From the NCBI RefSeq assembly GCF_009914755.1, contig NC_060928.1: DNA of 64,000 nt, one strand, 5' to 3'. The notes below the pieces were generated by a model, which saw only the letters and a list, made by a program, of their open reading frames with translations, was not told where the DNA came from and made no database searches. Below, in pieces: positions 15,751 through 29,790 of the stretch; within the stretch, counting starts at the first letter, position 1; each line of letters begins with the position of its first letter. Both the position numbers and the translations under genes were made by a program. This DNA comes from the human T2T-CHM13v2.0 reference genome, Homo sapiens.

Positions 15751-16069
15751 TACCTACAACTTCACTGTTTCTAAGGATCTGTTGCCCTGAATAAACATAC
15801 TAACAATTATCAAGAAGCAGAGCACGAGTATCCTCTGCTTACACATGAGCAAAGCTTTCTGGGAGCTCTTCACCTGAAAGGTTTTATTCCAAAATCACAT
15901 GGAAGGAATCGGTGAGGGAGAAAGAATAAGCACATCCTGCAAGGACAAAGAAAAGAAAATATTCTTCAGACGCTGGGTTCTTACAGTTGAAAGCCACTGT
16001 CATGGCTGCTGTCTCTTCTAGGGATTTAATAGAGAACCATTTGGAAAGGAGTCTTGAGAGACTTCACAG

Positions 16070-16270
16070 AGTTGTGGTTAAGAACATAAACACTGGGGTT
16101 AGGTCTCTTGGATTCAATCCTGGCACTGCCCTTGTCTATCTGTGTGACCTTGGCAAATTAATTTCTCTGAATCTTAGTTTTCCAGTCTACGAAATGGATC
16201 CAAATAATAGCATCTATCTTATGGGATAGTAAGGATTAAATAATTTACTAAAAGCATCTCGTACTTAATA
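16070..16270 (+). mobile_element. MIR SINE
   Basis: MIR core ggattcaatcctggcactgcc...tgtgtgaccttggcaaatta. Confidence 0.8.
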
Positions 16271-16919
16271 CCAGTAATCTGTTCCCGAAAATTGAATGTG
16301 TATGCACAAATGCTCACCAACCTATATTATTCCAAATTAGAAAAATCCACAGTCGACTTCCTAAATAGAAACTGAAGCAGTAACACTGTGCCTATTTATA
16401 ACTAACAGAGAATCGTTTGGGGATTAAAATGTTCAAAACGTCTCTTTCTGATCACTAAACATCATTAATATGCTTGTTTAAAAACTTTCTATGAAGTAAC
16501 ATCTTTTCCACTTGTTTTTCTCAGTGGCTTTGCCATTTCACTATCATCTTGTCTATTTTTTTCAATATTTTCTTATTACACAGTTTTAGGCAAAACAAGG
16601 CCTAAATACAAAGGCATTGTAGAAACAGTTCAGGACCAGCACACAATGACAGAGTGGGGGTCACACTGAGTACGATGCAGTGACGCCCCAGCTGGAGCCA
16701 GCAGCATTCAAAATGCCCAAGATTGTGGCTTTCCGAAAAGTCTACACGGTATTCTGATCTTCTGTCACTCTGAAATAACTCCAGACTTTTTACTGTACAT
16801 CCTTTTATTTAAAAACGTTGCATTGAGTTTGCGGAATGTACACACATATTTTCCCCATATAAGCATTGCCTGAAAGGTACATACAATCTATGAAGTATAA
16901 GTATTAAAAAAAAAAAAAG

Positions 16920-17650
16920 TCCCCAAGTTGCACCCCAACCCTTGCCCAAGCCCCTCCTGCTGCCCCAAGGCGACTCACCTGTGCTTCTGCCTCAGTCGGA
17001 CTCAGCTCCTGAAGCACTTTGTGCCTCCTCAGCGTGCTGCACCTCCACCCACTCCACCCGCCTCATCAAGCCCCAGCCCGCGCCCTGCCCCGCCCGTCAC
17101 CCTCCCAGCACCCCTCCCGCCTTCCTCCCGCCCACTGCCGACTCCTCAGCTACCTGGGGCCACTTCCCTGTGGTGGCCTCAGACTTGTCAGCGATCCAGA
17201 GACCTCAGCCGCCTATCCACTTAGCAAACCTCCTGCAGGCTCAAGACAGCGCCCTCAAGGTACAAACGAGTGTTTCTCACAGTGCCTTTGAAGGGGTTCA
17301 TAGCTACAGAGAAAAACAATGGCCGTCACATAGCCTCAGACTTAGCTATTGTTCATGGGCAGAGATCTTCACCAGCTTCAGAAGTAGACTGGTTAGCTCT
17401 AAGGCCTTTGTAGGCCTGTGGCCTCTTACTGTGGTGGCCCAGGACTACCAGAAAATGGACGCGAGGAATCCAGGTAACTGCGAAAGATAGGAAGCAAGAG
17501 ATCTGTTGGTCACCTCAGCGTCAGGGCCCCATCGCTGGCTTCCCCCTTTTGGCTTCACACTGGAGGGCTGCCGCGCCACTCTGAACTCCCATGGTACGAT
17601 TGGAGTTGCTGCCTACTTGGGGGCATGCAGGGCTTAGGGCTGGGATATGC
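16920..17650 (-). promoter_or_regulatory. GC-rich putative promoter with first exon ending at 16979
   Basis: The only non-repeat GC/CpG-enriched patch in the window. GC boxes (ccccgccc at 17088-17095, further ctcccgcc motifs at 17110-17133). Consensus minus-strand donor CAG|GTGAGT at 16979/16978, followed by intronic GGG runs. Confidence 0.7.
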
Positions 17651-17909
17651 TAAACCTCCCTAAATGCCAGATGCCCACTTGGAGAGGAGAAAATAGGAAA
17701 GGCTAGGAATTTATCTCACATTCTGTTGCTGCAAGGGTCACTTACCTTTTGTCATTTTTTTAAAGCATTCCCAAATAGGAAGTGATGTAAAACAAAAATT
17801 TCTTTTCATTCACAAAGAACTTTCATTTGGGAAATATTTATGGTACTGAAAATTTTAATTTAACACAAAATGACTTTGGCTGTTACTATAAAAATAAATG
17901 CTGATCCAA

Positions 17910-18452
17910 AGATTCTCAAATTTTCACAGCACCCTGAATGCCTGAGTAATCTTTTCACAGCACCTCTAGGCCCAAAGAAATACATAACCATCCTATGTAT
18001 TAAGTAGTTAAGTCTAAACAACCAATACATATTTATATACTAATAGCTTAGTAGCCTTTGAAAAAATAATAGAGAAAATATTTTTATCTCATTCTCAACA
18101 GCAATTATTCATAAGACGTGTGAGCCTTTGGGACACACAAAATTCGCAAATCTTGGCATCAGGCTACATGCCACCCTCATTTTCTGTTCCACACTGATTT
18201 TATGTGGTAGTCATTTTATTCTCAAAGCAACCACCAAAAAACCAACTTTGCAAAGATATGGCATCACTGAAAGGAATGTAGCACTATCATTCACAATATT
18301 CAAACTGTGAACTACCTCAAGCTAGTAGCCCATGTAATTCCTGACAGATGTGAAGTATTGCCCTCTTTCCTTGAATATTTGAAATATCGTGCAATGACCT
18401 TGTGAGTTCATTCCAGTGACTCAGTGTCTCAGCACACAGTTTGAGAACCATG
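17910..18452. mobile_element. hAT-Charlie-type DNA transposon fossil
   Basis: Termini ttctcaaa ... tttgagaaccatg typical of the Charlie/MER5 group; subfamily not resolved. Confidence 0.55.
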
Positions 18453-18479
18453 GGTTTAAACTATATGCAATGAAATTTA

Positions 18480-18825
<346 letters not shown>

Positions 18826-19804
18826 TTATGGAACAGGAGTGTGTGTGTGCATGAGAGTGTTTGCAGGACATACACATTTACATCTTTTGGGTTCCATGTT
18901 GATTATGGGTATAATGCTTACACCCTCACATTAAGCTGATGCTCTCAGAGTAAAAGGTCCATCACTCAACTACAATACACACTGATCATAAAACACTGTT
19001 TCTCCATATCATTTGTAAATCTAGGGTATTTTTTTCTCCTCCAGGCAGGCACATTTTTCTACTTCCAGGATTCATTATCTAACTCTCTCATTTACTTGAG
19101 GAGAAGAATACCAAGGAAAGATATTATTAATTACTAGATACAGGATTACTTCTTGCACATCGAGGAAAGATATGTGGGATTGTTTTGACATTTGTGCCAA
19201 TCAATCTGAATTATTAAATTAAAACAATGTTATGATGTCAAAGCTAATTTTAGAATTGTTACAGATTTTTTAGAGAATCATGAAAGTAGAATAAATATAT
19301 TTATTAATTCAGAATTGCATATATTCCTGATTCATGTGCAATTAAATGAATTTGAAAGTCCTGTGCATAAAAAGGAAAGATTGTGTTTATTCTAAATTAT
19401 AGTTCAGAGGATAGTGTGCAATAGGCTCTTCATGTTGTGATCATTCACATACTCAAAAATAATACATTAATCCTTTTGCACAACACCAAGTATGCTTAAG
19501 TTCAACATATATACTTTATGAATGGATCATTTGTAGCAAATACAAAGCTAAGTCATAAGTAATTCGAAGAGAGTCTAAGTTTCTTGTCTGAGTTGATCCA
19601 ATCACAACTGCCTTTTAATGAATAAGACTTTACACAACTGTGCTAAAAGGTTTATATTTTTCTTATAGCTTCAAATTATCTTTTGAAGGATTTGTTGAAG
19701 TAACAAATAGATTTTATATTTATAATATCACTTGAACATGATTTCTTAATTACTCTCCAATATTACTCTAGCTCACTGGTACTAATTATTTGAACAAGTA
19801 AATA

Positions 19805-22237
19805 CAGGCATACCTCCAGCAATATTACAGGTTCAGCTCCATACTACCACAATAAGGCAAATATCACAATAAAATGAGTCACACAAATTTTGTGGTTTCT
19901 CAGTGAATATAAAAGTTTTGTTATATTATACTGTACTATTATATTAATGTTATATTATACTGCAGTATATTAATTGTGCAGCAGCATTATGTCTAAAAAC
20001 AAGGTACATACCTCAATTTTAAAATACTTTTTTGCTAAAAGATGCTAACGTCATCTCAGCCTTCAGTGAGTTGTAATCGTTTTGCTAGTGGAGGATCTTG
20101 CCTCAATGTTGATGGCTGCTGACTGATCTGGGTAGTGGTTGCTAAAGACTGGGGTGGGTGTGACAATTTTTTAAAATAAGATGGCAATGAAGTTTGCCCC
20201 ATTAATGGACTCTTCCTTTCACAAAAGATTTCTCTGTGGCTTGTGATACTGTTTAGTAGCATTTTCCTCCAGTAGAACTTCTTTCACAATTGGAGTCAAT
20301 CCTCTCAAAACTGCCACTGCTTTATCAACTAAGTTTATGTAATATTCTAAATCCTTTATTGTCATTTCAGCAATGTTCATAGTATCTTCACCAGGAATAG
20401 ATTCCATCTTGAGAAACCACTTTCTTCACTTATGCAAAAGAAGCAACACCTCATCCATTCAAGTTTTTTTCTGGGATTGCAGAAATCAGTCAGGGTCCAC
20501 TTCTAATTCTAGTTGTCTTGGTATTTCCACCCCATCTGCAGTGACTTTTTCCACTGAAATCTTGAACCCCCTCCAAGTCATCCATGAAGGTTAAAATTAT
20601 CTTCTTCCTATCTCTTGTTACTGTTGCTATTTTTACCCCCTCCCATGAATAATAAATGTTTATAATGGCATATAGAATAGTAAATCCTCTCTAGAAGGCT
20701 TTCAATTTACTTTGTCCATATCCATCAGAGGAATTGCTATCTATGTCATTTATAATCTTATGAAATGTATTTCTTAAATAATAAGACCTGGAAGTCAAAA
20801 TGAGTCCTTGATCCATGGGCTGCAGAATGAATGTTGTGTTAACAGGCATGAAAACAACATGAATTTCCTAGTATACCTCCACCAGAGCTCTGAGTGACTA
20901 GGTGCATTGTCAATGAGCAGTAGTATTTTGAAAGGAACCTTTTTCTTAGCAGTGTATCTCAATGGTGAATTTAAGATATTTAGTAAACCATGCTATAAAC
21001 AGATGTGCTGTCAATCCAGGCTTTTTTGTACCATTGATAGAGCAACAGGCAAAATAGATTTCCCATTATTCTTAAGGGCCCTATAATTTTAAGAATGGTA
21101 AATGAGCATTCACTTCAACTTGAAGTCACCAACTGCATTAGCTTCCAACAGGAAAGTCAGCCTGTCCTTTGAAGCTTTGAAGCCAAAGAATTGACTTCTC
21201 CTCTCAAAATAGGAAAGTCCTAGATGACATCTTTCAATGCTATTTTATCTACATTGAAAATTTGTTGTTTAATGTAGCCACTTTCATCAATTATTTTGGC
21301 TAGATCTTCTGGATAACTTGCTGCAGCTTCTCCATCAGCACTTGCTGCTTCACCTTGCACTTTTCTGTCATGAAGATGTCTTCTTTCCTTAAACCTCATG
21401 ATCCAAACTCTGCTAGCTTCCAACTTTTTTTCTTCAGCTTTATCACCTCTCTCAGCTCTCATAGAATTTAAGAGAGTTAGGACCTTGCTCTGTATTAGGC
21501 TTTAGCCTATGAGAATGTTCTGACTGTTCTGATCTTCTATCCAGACCACTCAAACTTTCTCCATATCAGCAATCAGGCTATATTGCTTTCTTATTATTCA
21601 TGTTTTCACGGAGTTTCACTTTTAATTTCCTTCAAGAACTTTTCCTTTACATTCACAGCTTGGTTATTTGGTATAAGAGACCGAACTTTTGGGCTATCCA
21701 GCTTTTGACATGCTCTCCTCACTAAGCTGAATCTTTTCTAGCTTTAGATTTAGTTAGAGATATGTGACTCTTTCACTTGAATACTTGGAGGCCATCATTG
21801 GGTTATTAATTGGCTTAATTTCAATATTATTGTGTTTCAGGAGATAGAGAGGCCCAAGAAGATATAGAAAGACAGGTGAATGGTCAGTGAGTGGAACAAT
21901 CAGAACACACACGTTTAGCCATTAAGTTCACTATCTTGTATTGGTGCAGTTTATGGTGCCCTAAACAATTACAATAGTAATATCAAAGACCATCAATCAC
22001 AGATCACCATAACAGGTATAATAATTACAATGAAATTTGAAACATTGTGAGAATTACCAAAATGTGATACAGAGCCACAATTACTAACATGTGATGCAGA
22101 GACACAAAGTTAGCATATGTTGGAAAAATTGTGTCAATAGACTTGCTGGACACAGGGCTGCCACAAACCTTCAATTTGTGAAAAACTCATTATTTGGGAA
22201 GCAGAATAAAGTGAAGCACAATAAAACATTATGTGCA
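19805..22237 (-). mobile_element. Tigger1 DNA transposon, full length, inactive; copy B
   Basis: TA|caggcatacctc TIR; transposase remnants ([27 protein letters not shown]; [18 protein letters not shown]); collinear with copy A. Confidence 0.95.
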
Positions 22238-22652
22238 TATAATCCAATTATGTAATGATCATTTTTCTATGTTTAGAAAAATAGGCAAGATTTTATTTGT
22301 CCTACTGTATGTAGTTATGAAATTGAACATCAGTGTAATCTATATTTGTAAGCATTTTATAGAAGATAAGCCAAATAATTTTTCTAATATGAGTCTCCTG
22401 ACTGTAACCTCCTTTAAACCTGTTCAGATTTTGTTTTGGGCCCTTATTTTTGCCTCCATAGCTGCCTGCATGTTGAGCTTTCTGTCTCACACTGGTCAGG
22501 AACAAAAGGCCCCTCAGAGAGTCTGTACTATTAAAGAATTGAAATGTATTCAACTCAATATATTTTATTTCTAACATTCAAAATCAGAACTTCAAAATGA
22601 AATTGGAAGATTCTATAAGAACATTCTTTCTTAAATAAAATGAAATATATAT

Positions 22653-22662
22653 GTGTATATAT

Positions 22663-22706
<44 letters not shown>
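22653..22706. repeat. (TA)/(CA)n microsatellite
   Basis: Read directly from the sequence. Confidence 0.95.
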
Positions 22707-22708
<2 letters not shown>

Positions 22709-23832
22709 TTAAAAAGAAAGAAGAGGTGATCTGCCTGAATAATGCTTACCAAGGAGACTTTCTTCAAGGTATAGCCAAATATGTAAAGTTCTTAGAACAG
22801 TGTCTAGCATGTACTAAAAAGCACTATGTTTGTGTTAATTATCACTAACAAAATAATAATTATTTTTATTATTATCACTGGCTGAGGTCTGCCTCCCTTC
22901 AATGTATGAAAGGCTGAGATGACAAGAATTAGGAGGAATGGAAAATGCCTTGGATAATTTCAAAATTAATTTTTCTGTTATACAGATAATAGTGGAAGGA
23001 AGATAGAACAATCCAGGAAATAAAGTTTTTTCCCTATATACTTTCCCTCTGAAAACATCATTATATTCCTTTATAAAGATTACTGTCTCCTCTAACAATT
23101 ATTTTGTAGAGGCTGAGGAAGAGCACAATCATTCCATTGATATACCTGTGTACTTTTTCATAGGTGGGATCCAAGAAACAGTCTCACCAGGAAACCCAAC
23201 TTTTTTGTATGGCATTCCTGGCACCCCAGAAATAGCATGAGATGGGAAACAAATCCATATATTGCCCTGTTCCTTCCCACAATCTTCCCACTGTAACCCC
23301 ATCTAAAATATACCACTCATTCCAAGGTCCCCTTCAAAATAAGAGTCTACATCTGGATTGGTCTTAGCTTCTTTTCCTGCAGGTCAGAGGTCCTTCACAT
23401 ACCTTCAGGATCAAAGAGTACTGAATAAGTGCTGCAAAACTATGCAGGCTAACATTCCAGTGTGAAATGTCAGTAGCCCCATCTTCATTCCCTGTATTAC
23501 TGCCTCACTGTCTTCTCTCTTTCCCATGCAATCAGGAGAACTGCTCAGCAAATCTTACTTAGATGAAGCCATTCTCCAGGTCTTATCAACAACGATCAGA
23601 AATAGTTGGCAAGAATTCTTTTAGTGGCTCCCTTTGATTTGTTCTGTCTTGGTTTTGACAATGTATTTAGTGGTGGTCAGTGATTAAAAAAAAAAAAAAA
23701 CATTAAACTACTGTACTGGGAAGGCCTAAAAACCACAGTGCTGTTAGTCTTTTTATAGCTCTTAGCGAAACATTTGTACTGCTGAAAAGTAATTTGCTTC
23801 TGTATTCCTGTGAGAAACAGTAATGTCTAACC

Positions 23833-24030
23833 CAGTGGTTCTCAAACATTGTAGCCTCAAGAACACTCTATACGCTTAAAAATTATTGCATGCCCCATAT
23901 ATTTTTGTTTATATGGGTTATATATATGTTGATATTTATCATATTAGAAGTTAAAACAGAATTTTTGAAACAAATTAATATACAAGAGCAATAAAACTAT
24001 CATTGTACACTTAAGAAACGCTACTGGGAG
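23833..24030. mobile_element. hAT-Charlie fragment
   Basis: cagtggttctcaaac terminus plus cttaaaaattattg...ttttgtttatatgggttata. Confidence 0.6.
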
Positions 24031-24106
24031 CATCAGGAGTGCTATCATACCTCATATGAACCTCATATGAATCTTTTGGGTTGGTTGTCTTTTTAAAAAT
24101 CCACAG

Positions 24107-24479
24107 TGCTGTGGTTTGAATATGTTTCCCAAAGTTTATTTATTGAAAATTTAATTGCCATTATAACAGTATTAAGAGGTAGGGCCTTTAAGATGTGTTT
24201 AGGCCATAAGGACTCTACCCTTGTGAAGGGATTAATGCCATTATTGTGAAGTGGGTTAATTATCTTGGGAGTGGTTTCCCGATTAAAAAAAGGATGAGTT
24301 TGACCTGATTTCCTCTGTATCACATGCTCCTTTCTCCCTTCTGCCTTCCACTGTGGGATGACAGCACCATGCTCTTGGACTTCCCAGCCTCCAGAACTGT
24401 GGGCCAAATAAACTTATGTTCTTTATAAATGACCCAATCTGTGGTATCCTGTTATAGCAGCAAAAAATGGAATAAGACA
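24107..24479 (+). mobile_element. MaLR solo LTR (MST/MLT1A-like)
   Basis: tgctgtggtttgaat ... cttggacttcccagcctccagaactgtg ... taagaca. Confidence 0.85.
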
Positions 24480-27172
24480 CAAATTAATAAATAGAAACAT
24501 TAAAAATCACTTTCATATATTATCTTTTTCTTATAAAGAGGAAAAATTATGAGGAAATGAATATGTTGGAAAAATTCAAAAAATGTTGCAAACTTGTTAA
24601 CTTCCCATGTGAAGTTTCTTCCCATGAGCTTGAAGGCCTGCTCTAAATCTCTCTAAATCAAGCTTTACCTCAATTCACTAATATCCACCACACCAGATCT
24701 AATCTCTGAAAATCCTCCTCCATATTCCATGTACTAATCCTCCAATAAAGACATTGACATTGTCCCAAGTTTAAGCCTGCTCCTAATATTTACAGGCCCT
24801 ATGGTAAGAATATATCAGGAAACTCTAGTTCTATGCTCTAACCCCCTTCTCCTCCCAGTCACAGCTTTTTCTTGCAATGTATGGGGCCTCAAAACATGTG
24901 TATATGTACACTCTAACCCAAGAGCCAACCTTTATCCACACCTCCACCACTTGAGCCTAAGGGAGCATGATCTGTACTTAGGAGGACACCCAGGGAGCAG
25001 AGGCCCATGCTGGTTCTGGAAGCATGCTTGGCCCATTTGGACAAGAAGCTCCAGGTTAACAGACAATAAGCATTGTCTGGAGTATAGGACACAGGCTCTG
25101 GGCAGGCACATGCCCTAGCCCAGCAGTCTCCATACCCTCTAGGGAGGGTATAGAGAGGAGGGCCAGAGAAAAGCCCCTCAAAATCTGGTTGCCCAGCTTT
25201 AAGGATAATTCTGAGTAAAAGCAATAAATCTCATTCTATGAGTGAGGCAGTGGTTGTAGATATATATTGCACAATTATTACAAAAATCCATGTAGAGATT
25301 CAGAATTAACTAAAGCACCCTTAAGGCCCCATTTACTTTTAAAGACCAGATTTTTGTAATTTCATTTCCCTTTCCCAACAAACTAATTACTGAAAACTAG
25401 TTTCTCTCATAATTTCCTTCAGTTTTTCTGGAACTCCCCAAAAAATCAATTTTTTATAGGACTCACCATTCTGTCTTCAACTGTTCTATGTTCACCTCTC
25501 ACAAAACCACCAAGAGAGGCTCCACTCTACACTATCCATCACTGAAACTCCAAGGTCCAAATCAAGGGTCCTAACTACAGAGACTCCTAATACTTCCAGT
25601 CTTTGCAACAAATATCAGACTTGTTTCTAAGCTCCATGTGGAAGAGAAGAGAATGACAACCTGTTCAACTCTATGTCACGTTTTGTCACCCAAGTTCCCA
25701 AAAAGTTCTATTTCCATCCACTTAAACCTTCATTGTTGGTAGCTCTCCTGAATAGCCTGGCTTGGATTTGGAGAAAACCTACAGATCCTTCTTTGCAGCA
25801 GGAGAGGAAAAATGTGAATATTTTCAATATAGTAAAATAGAATGAAACAGATAAATTTGCTTCCAACCATAAAATGACATACAACTTACTAACCCCAATC
25901 TCAGTCACTTTGGGGTGAATCTCTGATTTAGATTATCCAAGACCATTCTCCTCCCATATTTACAATAATAAAATCATTAATTAGAAACAAATATAATAAA
26001 GTTTCCTGAATCTCCTTTACACTAGACTGAATGCTCTATATAAGATGATCATTGATAGTTAGTACATTGGGATTGATATGATAATTAGAACTTAGAGCCA
26101 CTTCACATAATGTGTGTCTGGGAAGAACAGTAATCAACAGTGAATCACTAGTACTGAATCAGAGAAAACTAAATTATAACACTGCTTAATTTTTAGTGCT
26201 TTGATAGGGCCAAACCTTCTACAGTATCATTTATGATGAAATGACAAATAGGTTACAGCAGTTGATTATCTCCTAATAGATGGCAGCTCCTCTTTTTATA
26301 AAAGTCAAGTCATCATATAGAGAACTGGACACCTGCAAATTCCAGAAAAGTCCTAGATATAAACATCTTGGATCTACTTCTTTTATCTGAACTTGTGGAG
26401 CCCTTAAAAAAAAGGTTAAAATGATTGTGAAAAAATTGAACATTTCTGTTAAGCTGTACATACAATTTGCCTGTAACTGAGTGAACATCAAAAAAATTAC
26501 ATCTCTCAGCAGTGACAAAACAACAAAAATGAAGGAAAGATGAACAAGCAGCATATTTTTAAAAGTCAGATAAAAACTCTTTTAGCCTGCCTTCTTTTGG
26601 ATGTAGTAAAATCACTGTTTTATGAGAAATAAAATCTAAAGCAAAAACTGTTGATTCTATAAAACATGCTGTGTGGGAAAACAGGTGCTTAATGCGCTTT
26701 GCAACAGAAAAAAAAATTCTTGTATTTACTCATGTGTTGAGGGACATATGTTGTCTTGGTCTGGATATTGTCATTGTTATTTTTGTATCACTTTTAATAC
26801 ATTGAACTGAACAATAAGAAATAACATCTATATATCATCTAACAACTAAATCTTTGCATTTAAAAATAATTAAGTTTGTTAAAAAGCAGATTTTTGTGAA
26901 CTATTTTATAATTCTTAAAATAAAAGCAATGAGTCTACTCAGTGTACCCCTCATTTTTACAGTTTTCTTATACAACCAACTCCACAGGGGAAAATATTAA
27001 ATTGTTCTCATTCATTTCAGTATTTTGCTAAGGTTTTATTTTACCCACTTAAAAATTCTCTTTCATGTTAGATTTTTATTTTTTCTCTAATATATTTGAA
27101 AAAGTTCTTTATTTGTTTTTAGCCAGCACACAACATACTTTAAATTTTGATTACTAATAACAAACTTTGTAT

Positions 27173-27203
<31 letters not shown>

Positions 27204-27281
27204 ATTGAATGTGGAACATAACAAATTCTGAACCTGTGGCAACTACATTGAGGTAGGGTTGCAATGTTTTCTTAGTACCCC

Positions 27282-27832
27282 CATTACTGGATGGATAGTC
27301 TTGAGTGTGAGTTGTCCAGATACTTGGTGTGTTGAACAATGAATTGAACAAAACACACAAAGCAACAAAATAAAGAAGCAATGAAAGCACAGGTTTATTG
27401 AAATGAAAGTACTCTCCACAGTGTGGGAGCAGGCTTGAGCAAACAGCTCAAGAGTCCCAATTACAATGTTCTGCAGGGTTTTTATTAAGCTAAGAGAATT
27501 TTTTAACACCCCAAAGTACTCTTTAGATGTCTCCAATTGGTTACACCCTATGTAAATGAAGAATTGGCCCATGGCCAGTTAGAGGCTAAAGCAAAGGCTT
27601 GGCCCACAGCCACTCAGGCTGATGTGAATTGGCACCTTATTACAAATGAAGGATTGGCCCATGGCCAATCAGAGGGACTTTTCATCTGTGACCCAGTGGA
27701 GTACAGGGAGTGGCCTCTAGTCCCTTGTCACTTGGGCATAGAGAGGTGGGATTTTCCTTTTAATCCAGTTCCAGAAATTCAGCGCAAACTGGTCTTTGGT
27801 TCCCTGTGTCCAAAACCTCTTCTCCTGCCTCA
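27282..27832 (-). mobile_element. ERV1 solo LTR (MER51-like)
   Basis: Ends tctcctgcctca (TGAGGCAGGAGA on the minus strand); repeated attgg/ccaat boxes; tttatt poly(A) signal on minus. Confidence 0.75.
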
Positions 27833-29556
27833 CTCCCTCATCAACGCTAAAAGATAATTTCTGAAGATAATTACATGACTAGAGGAGATATTAATGAGAT
27901 ATCCCAAATGTATGGCTGCATCACTATGGACCTATTAAGTCCATAGTTTATTTTCTACTTCTTGATAAGATTAAGAAAAAAAATAGACACTTTATGTGGG
28001 TCTAATTTCTAATACTGAAACAATGGGGCACAGGAAATAGAACTTGGGAGATATACTTTCCAAAACAGTTAATCCTAAAGAAATGTTGAATCACCTCTTT
28101 CCTTTAATAAGTTTCCAAGAGAGTTCCATTAAAAATAAGAGTAGAAAAAATTGTCTAGGCTGCTTCCTTATTATACACCTATGTCTTCTCTACCAAGGAG
28201 ATATCCCCAGATCCTAAATGCTTTTCACATCTATTCCCATATTTTTTCACAGAGGACCAGGAATTTGACTGAGGACTCTAAATAACTCCCATGATGAATG
28301 GCTTGATATAGACATATTTTATAATACCAGTTTTTTTCAGATATTTATTAGAATCAGACCAAAAAATATATAAACCAGCAAACTTTGAATTACTCCATAG
28401 TCCTGTAGCTACTCCAGTACTTGCCCAGTAACAGAGTCATGCAGATCGGTGTAAGTTTCCAAAACTTTGCAGCTAAGTCTTTAAATCAATAGCACTCAAG
28501 GCAGGCAAAATCTAGCCTCAGGAGATAAAAGTCAGAGAACTCCAAGCTTTAAAACAGAAGAATAAAGGCATTAGTGATTCTGTCTCCCTCTGAAACTATC
28601 TGAAAACAACAAGGAGAATAAGAAACAGAAATAGATTGGACAAACCACAGTATATTTGAAGGAGAGTTTGCAGTAAAAATTGGACCTGTATACAAAATGA
28701 TGCTGAGAAAGAACACATAAACCTATGTGAGAATACCGAAAGAAAAAGAAGGAAAGAAACATGGACAAATAGCAGGCAGACAAAGAATGCACTCCAGAAA
28801 AATTTTCCCATGGAACAGGTGATCATCCAGCTAAACCATTCTTTAGAAAATTTCAGTAGCAAAAATGACATCTATGAAATAAAAGTTTAAAGCATAGATA
28901 GAAGGAGTCGAGAAAGAAATAAGAAGACCAAAGGAGTTTTATGGGTTTTCTTAATAGTCTGAAAAACCCAGGAAACAAATAAAAAAGAAAAAGTCATCAT
29001 ACAATTTAGAGCCACAGGACATAAACACCTATTATAAAGCAAATTAATTAAAATGGATTGACAATGGGAAAGTATGGATAGTCCAGAAATAGGCCCATAT
29101 ACATCAATTACTTATTGTTTAGAAACTGACATTTCAAATTAGTAGGAAAAATAGATTATTCAATAAATGGTATTAGAAAAACTGGCTAGCCATCTGGTTA
29201 AAAAATGCTATATCCCTAACTCACTCCTTATAATAAAATATACTGCATCATAATAGATCAAATGTTCAAACATAAAAGTAAAGTAAAAATTTACCAGAAA
29301 AAAATATTCTTAAATAACTTCAAAGGAAGTTAGGGTATAAACCCATGACCCTTACTTCATTAAACAAAATGTTAAAATTTCAACATAACAAAAATAATTT
29401 ACAAGCCATACAAGTCAAACAACAAGTAACCAAATAGAAACTTGCAACTAAATGTGAAAGCTAATAGGATATTTTCCTTAATATATAAGAAGCTCTTAAA
29501 GATCATTTAGAAAAATTATCAACAATCCACTAAGAAAAAAACAGTCATAACTAGGT

Positions 29557-29790
29557 AGGCATGTCCTGCTGTGCACCAGAACTGGGATTCAGTGCTAAGA
29601 TCCCCTCATTCTAGGAAATGGGGGAGGCCAGAAAGGTGGCCACTCCCTCGCCCATTCCACAATGCATGTTCATGGGGATGCTGGTTCTAAACCATTCTAA
29701 ATGACCTGCTTCTGCATGGGTGTTTTCTACGTAGTGCAGCAGCTCCCTCACTGTAGTTTACTGAAAGTCAACCCTGGACACAAGAGGTTT
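29557..29790 (+). pseudogene. 28S (LSU) rRNA 3'-end retrocopy (LSU-rRNA_Hsa / SINE28-like)
   Basis: ctaaaccattctaaatgacctgcttctg...tacgtagtgcagcagctccctcactgtagtttactgaaagtcaaccctggacacaagaggttt is collinear with the human 28S 3' terminus (CTAAACCATTCGTAGACGACCTGCTTCTG...GCAGCTCCCTCGCTGCGATCTATTGAAAGTCAGCCCTCGACACAAGGGTTT). Many differences are CpG decay. Confidence 0.92.

Noticed and set aside
16928-17490. Plus-strand ORFs of 98, 182 and 90 aa
   Set aside because: Pro/Ser-rich, stop-poor frames expected in GC-rich promoter DNA; they have TTG/GTG starts and no recognisable domain.
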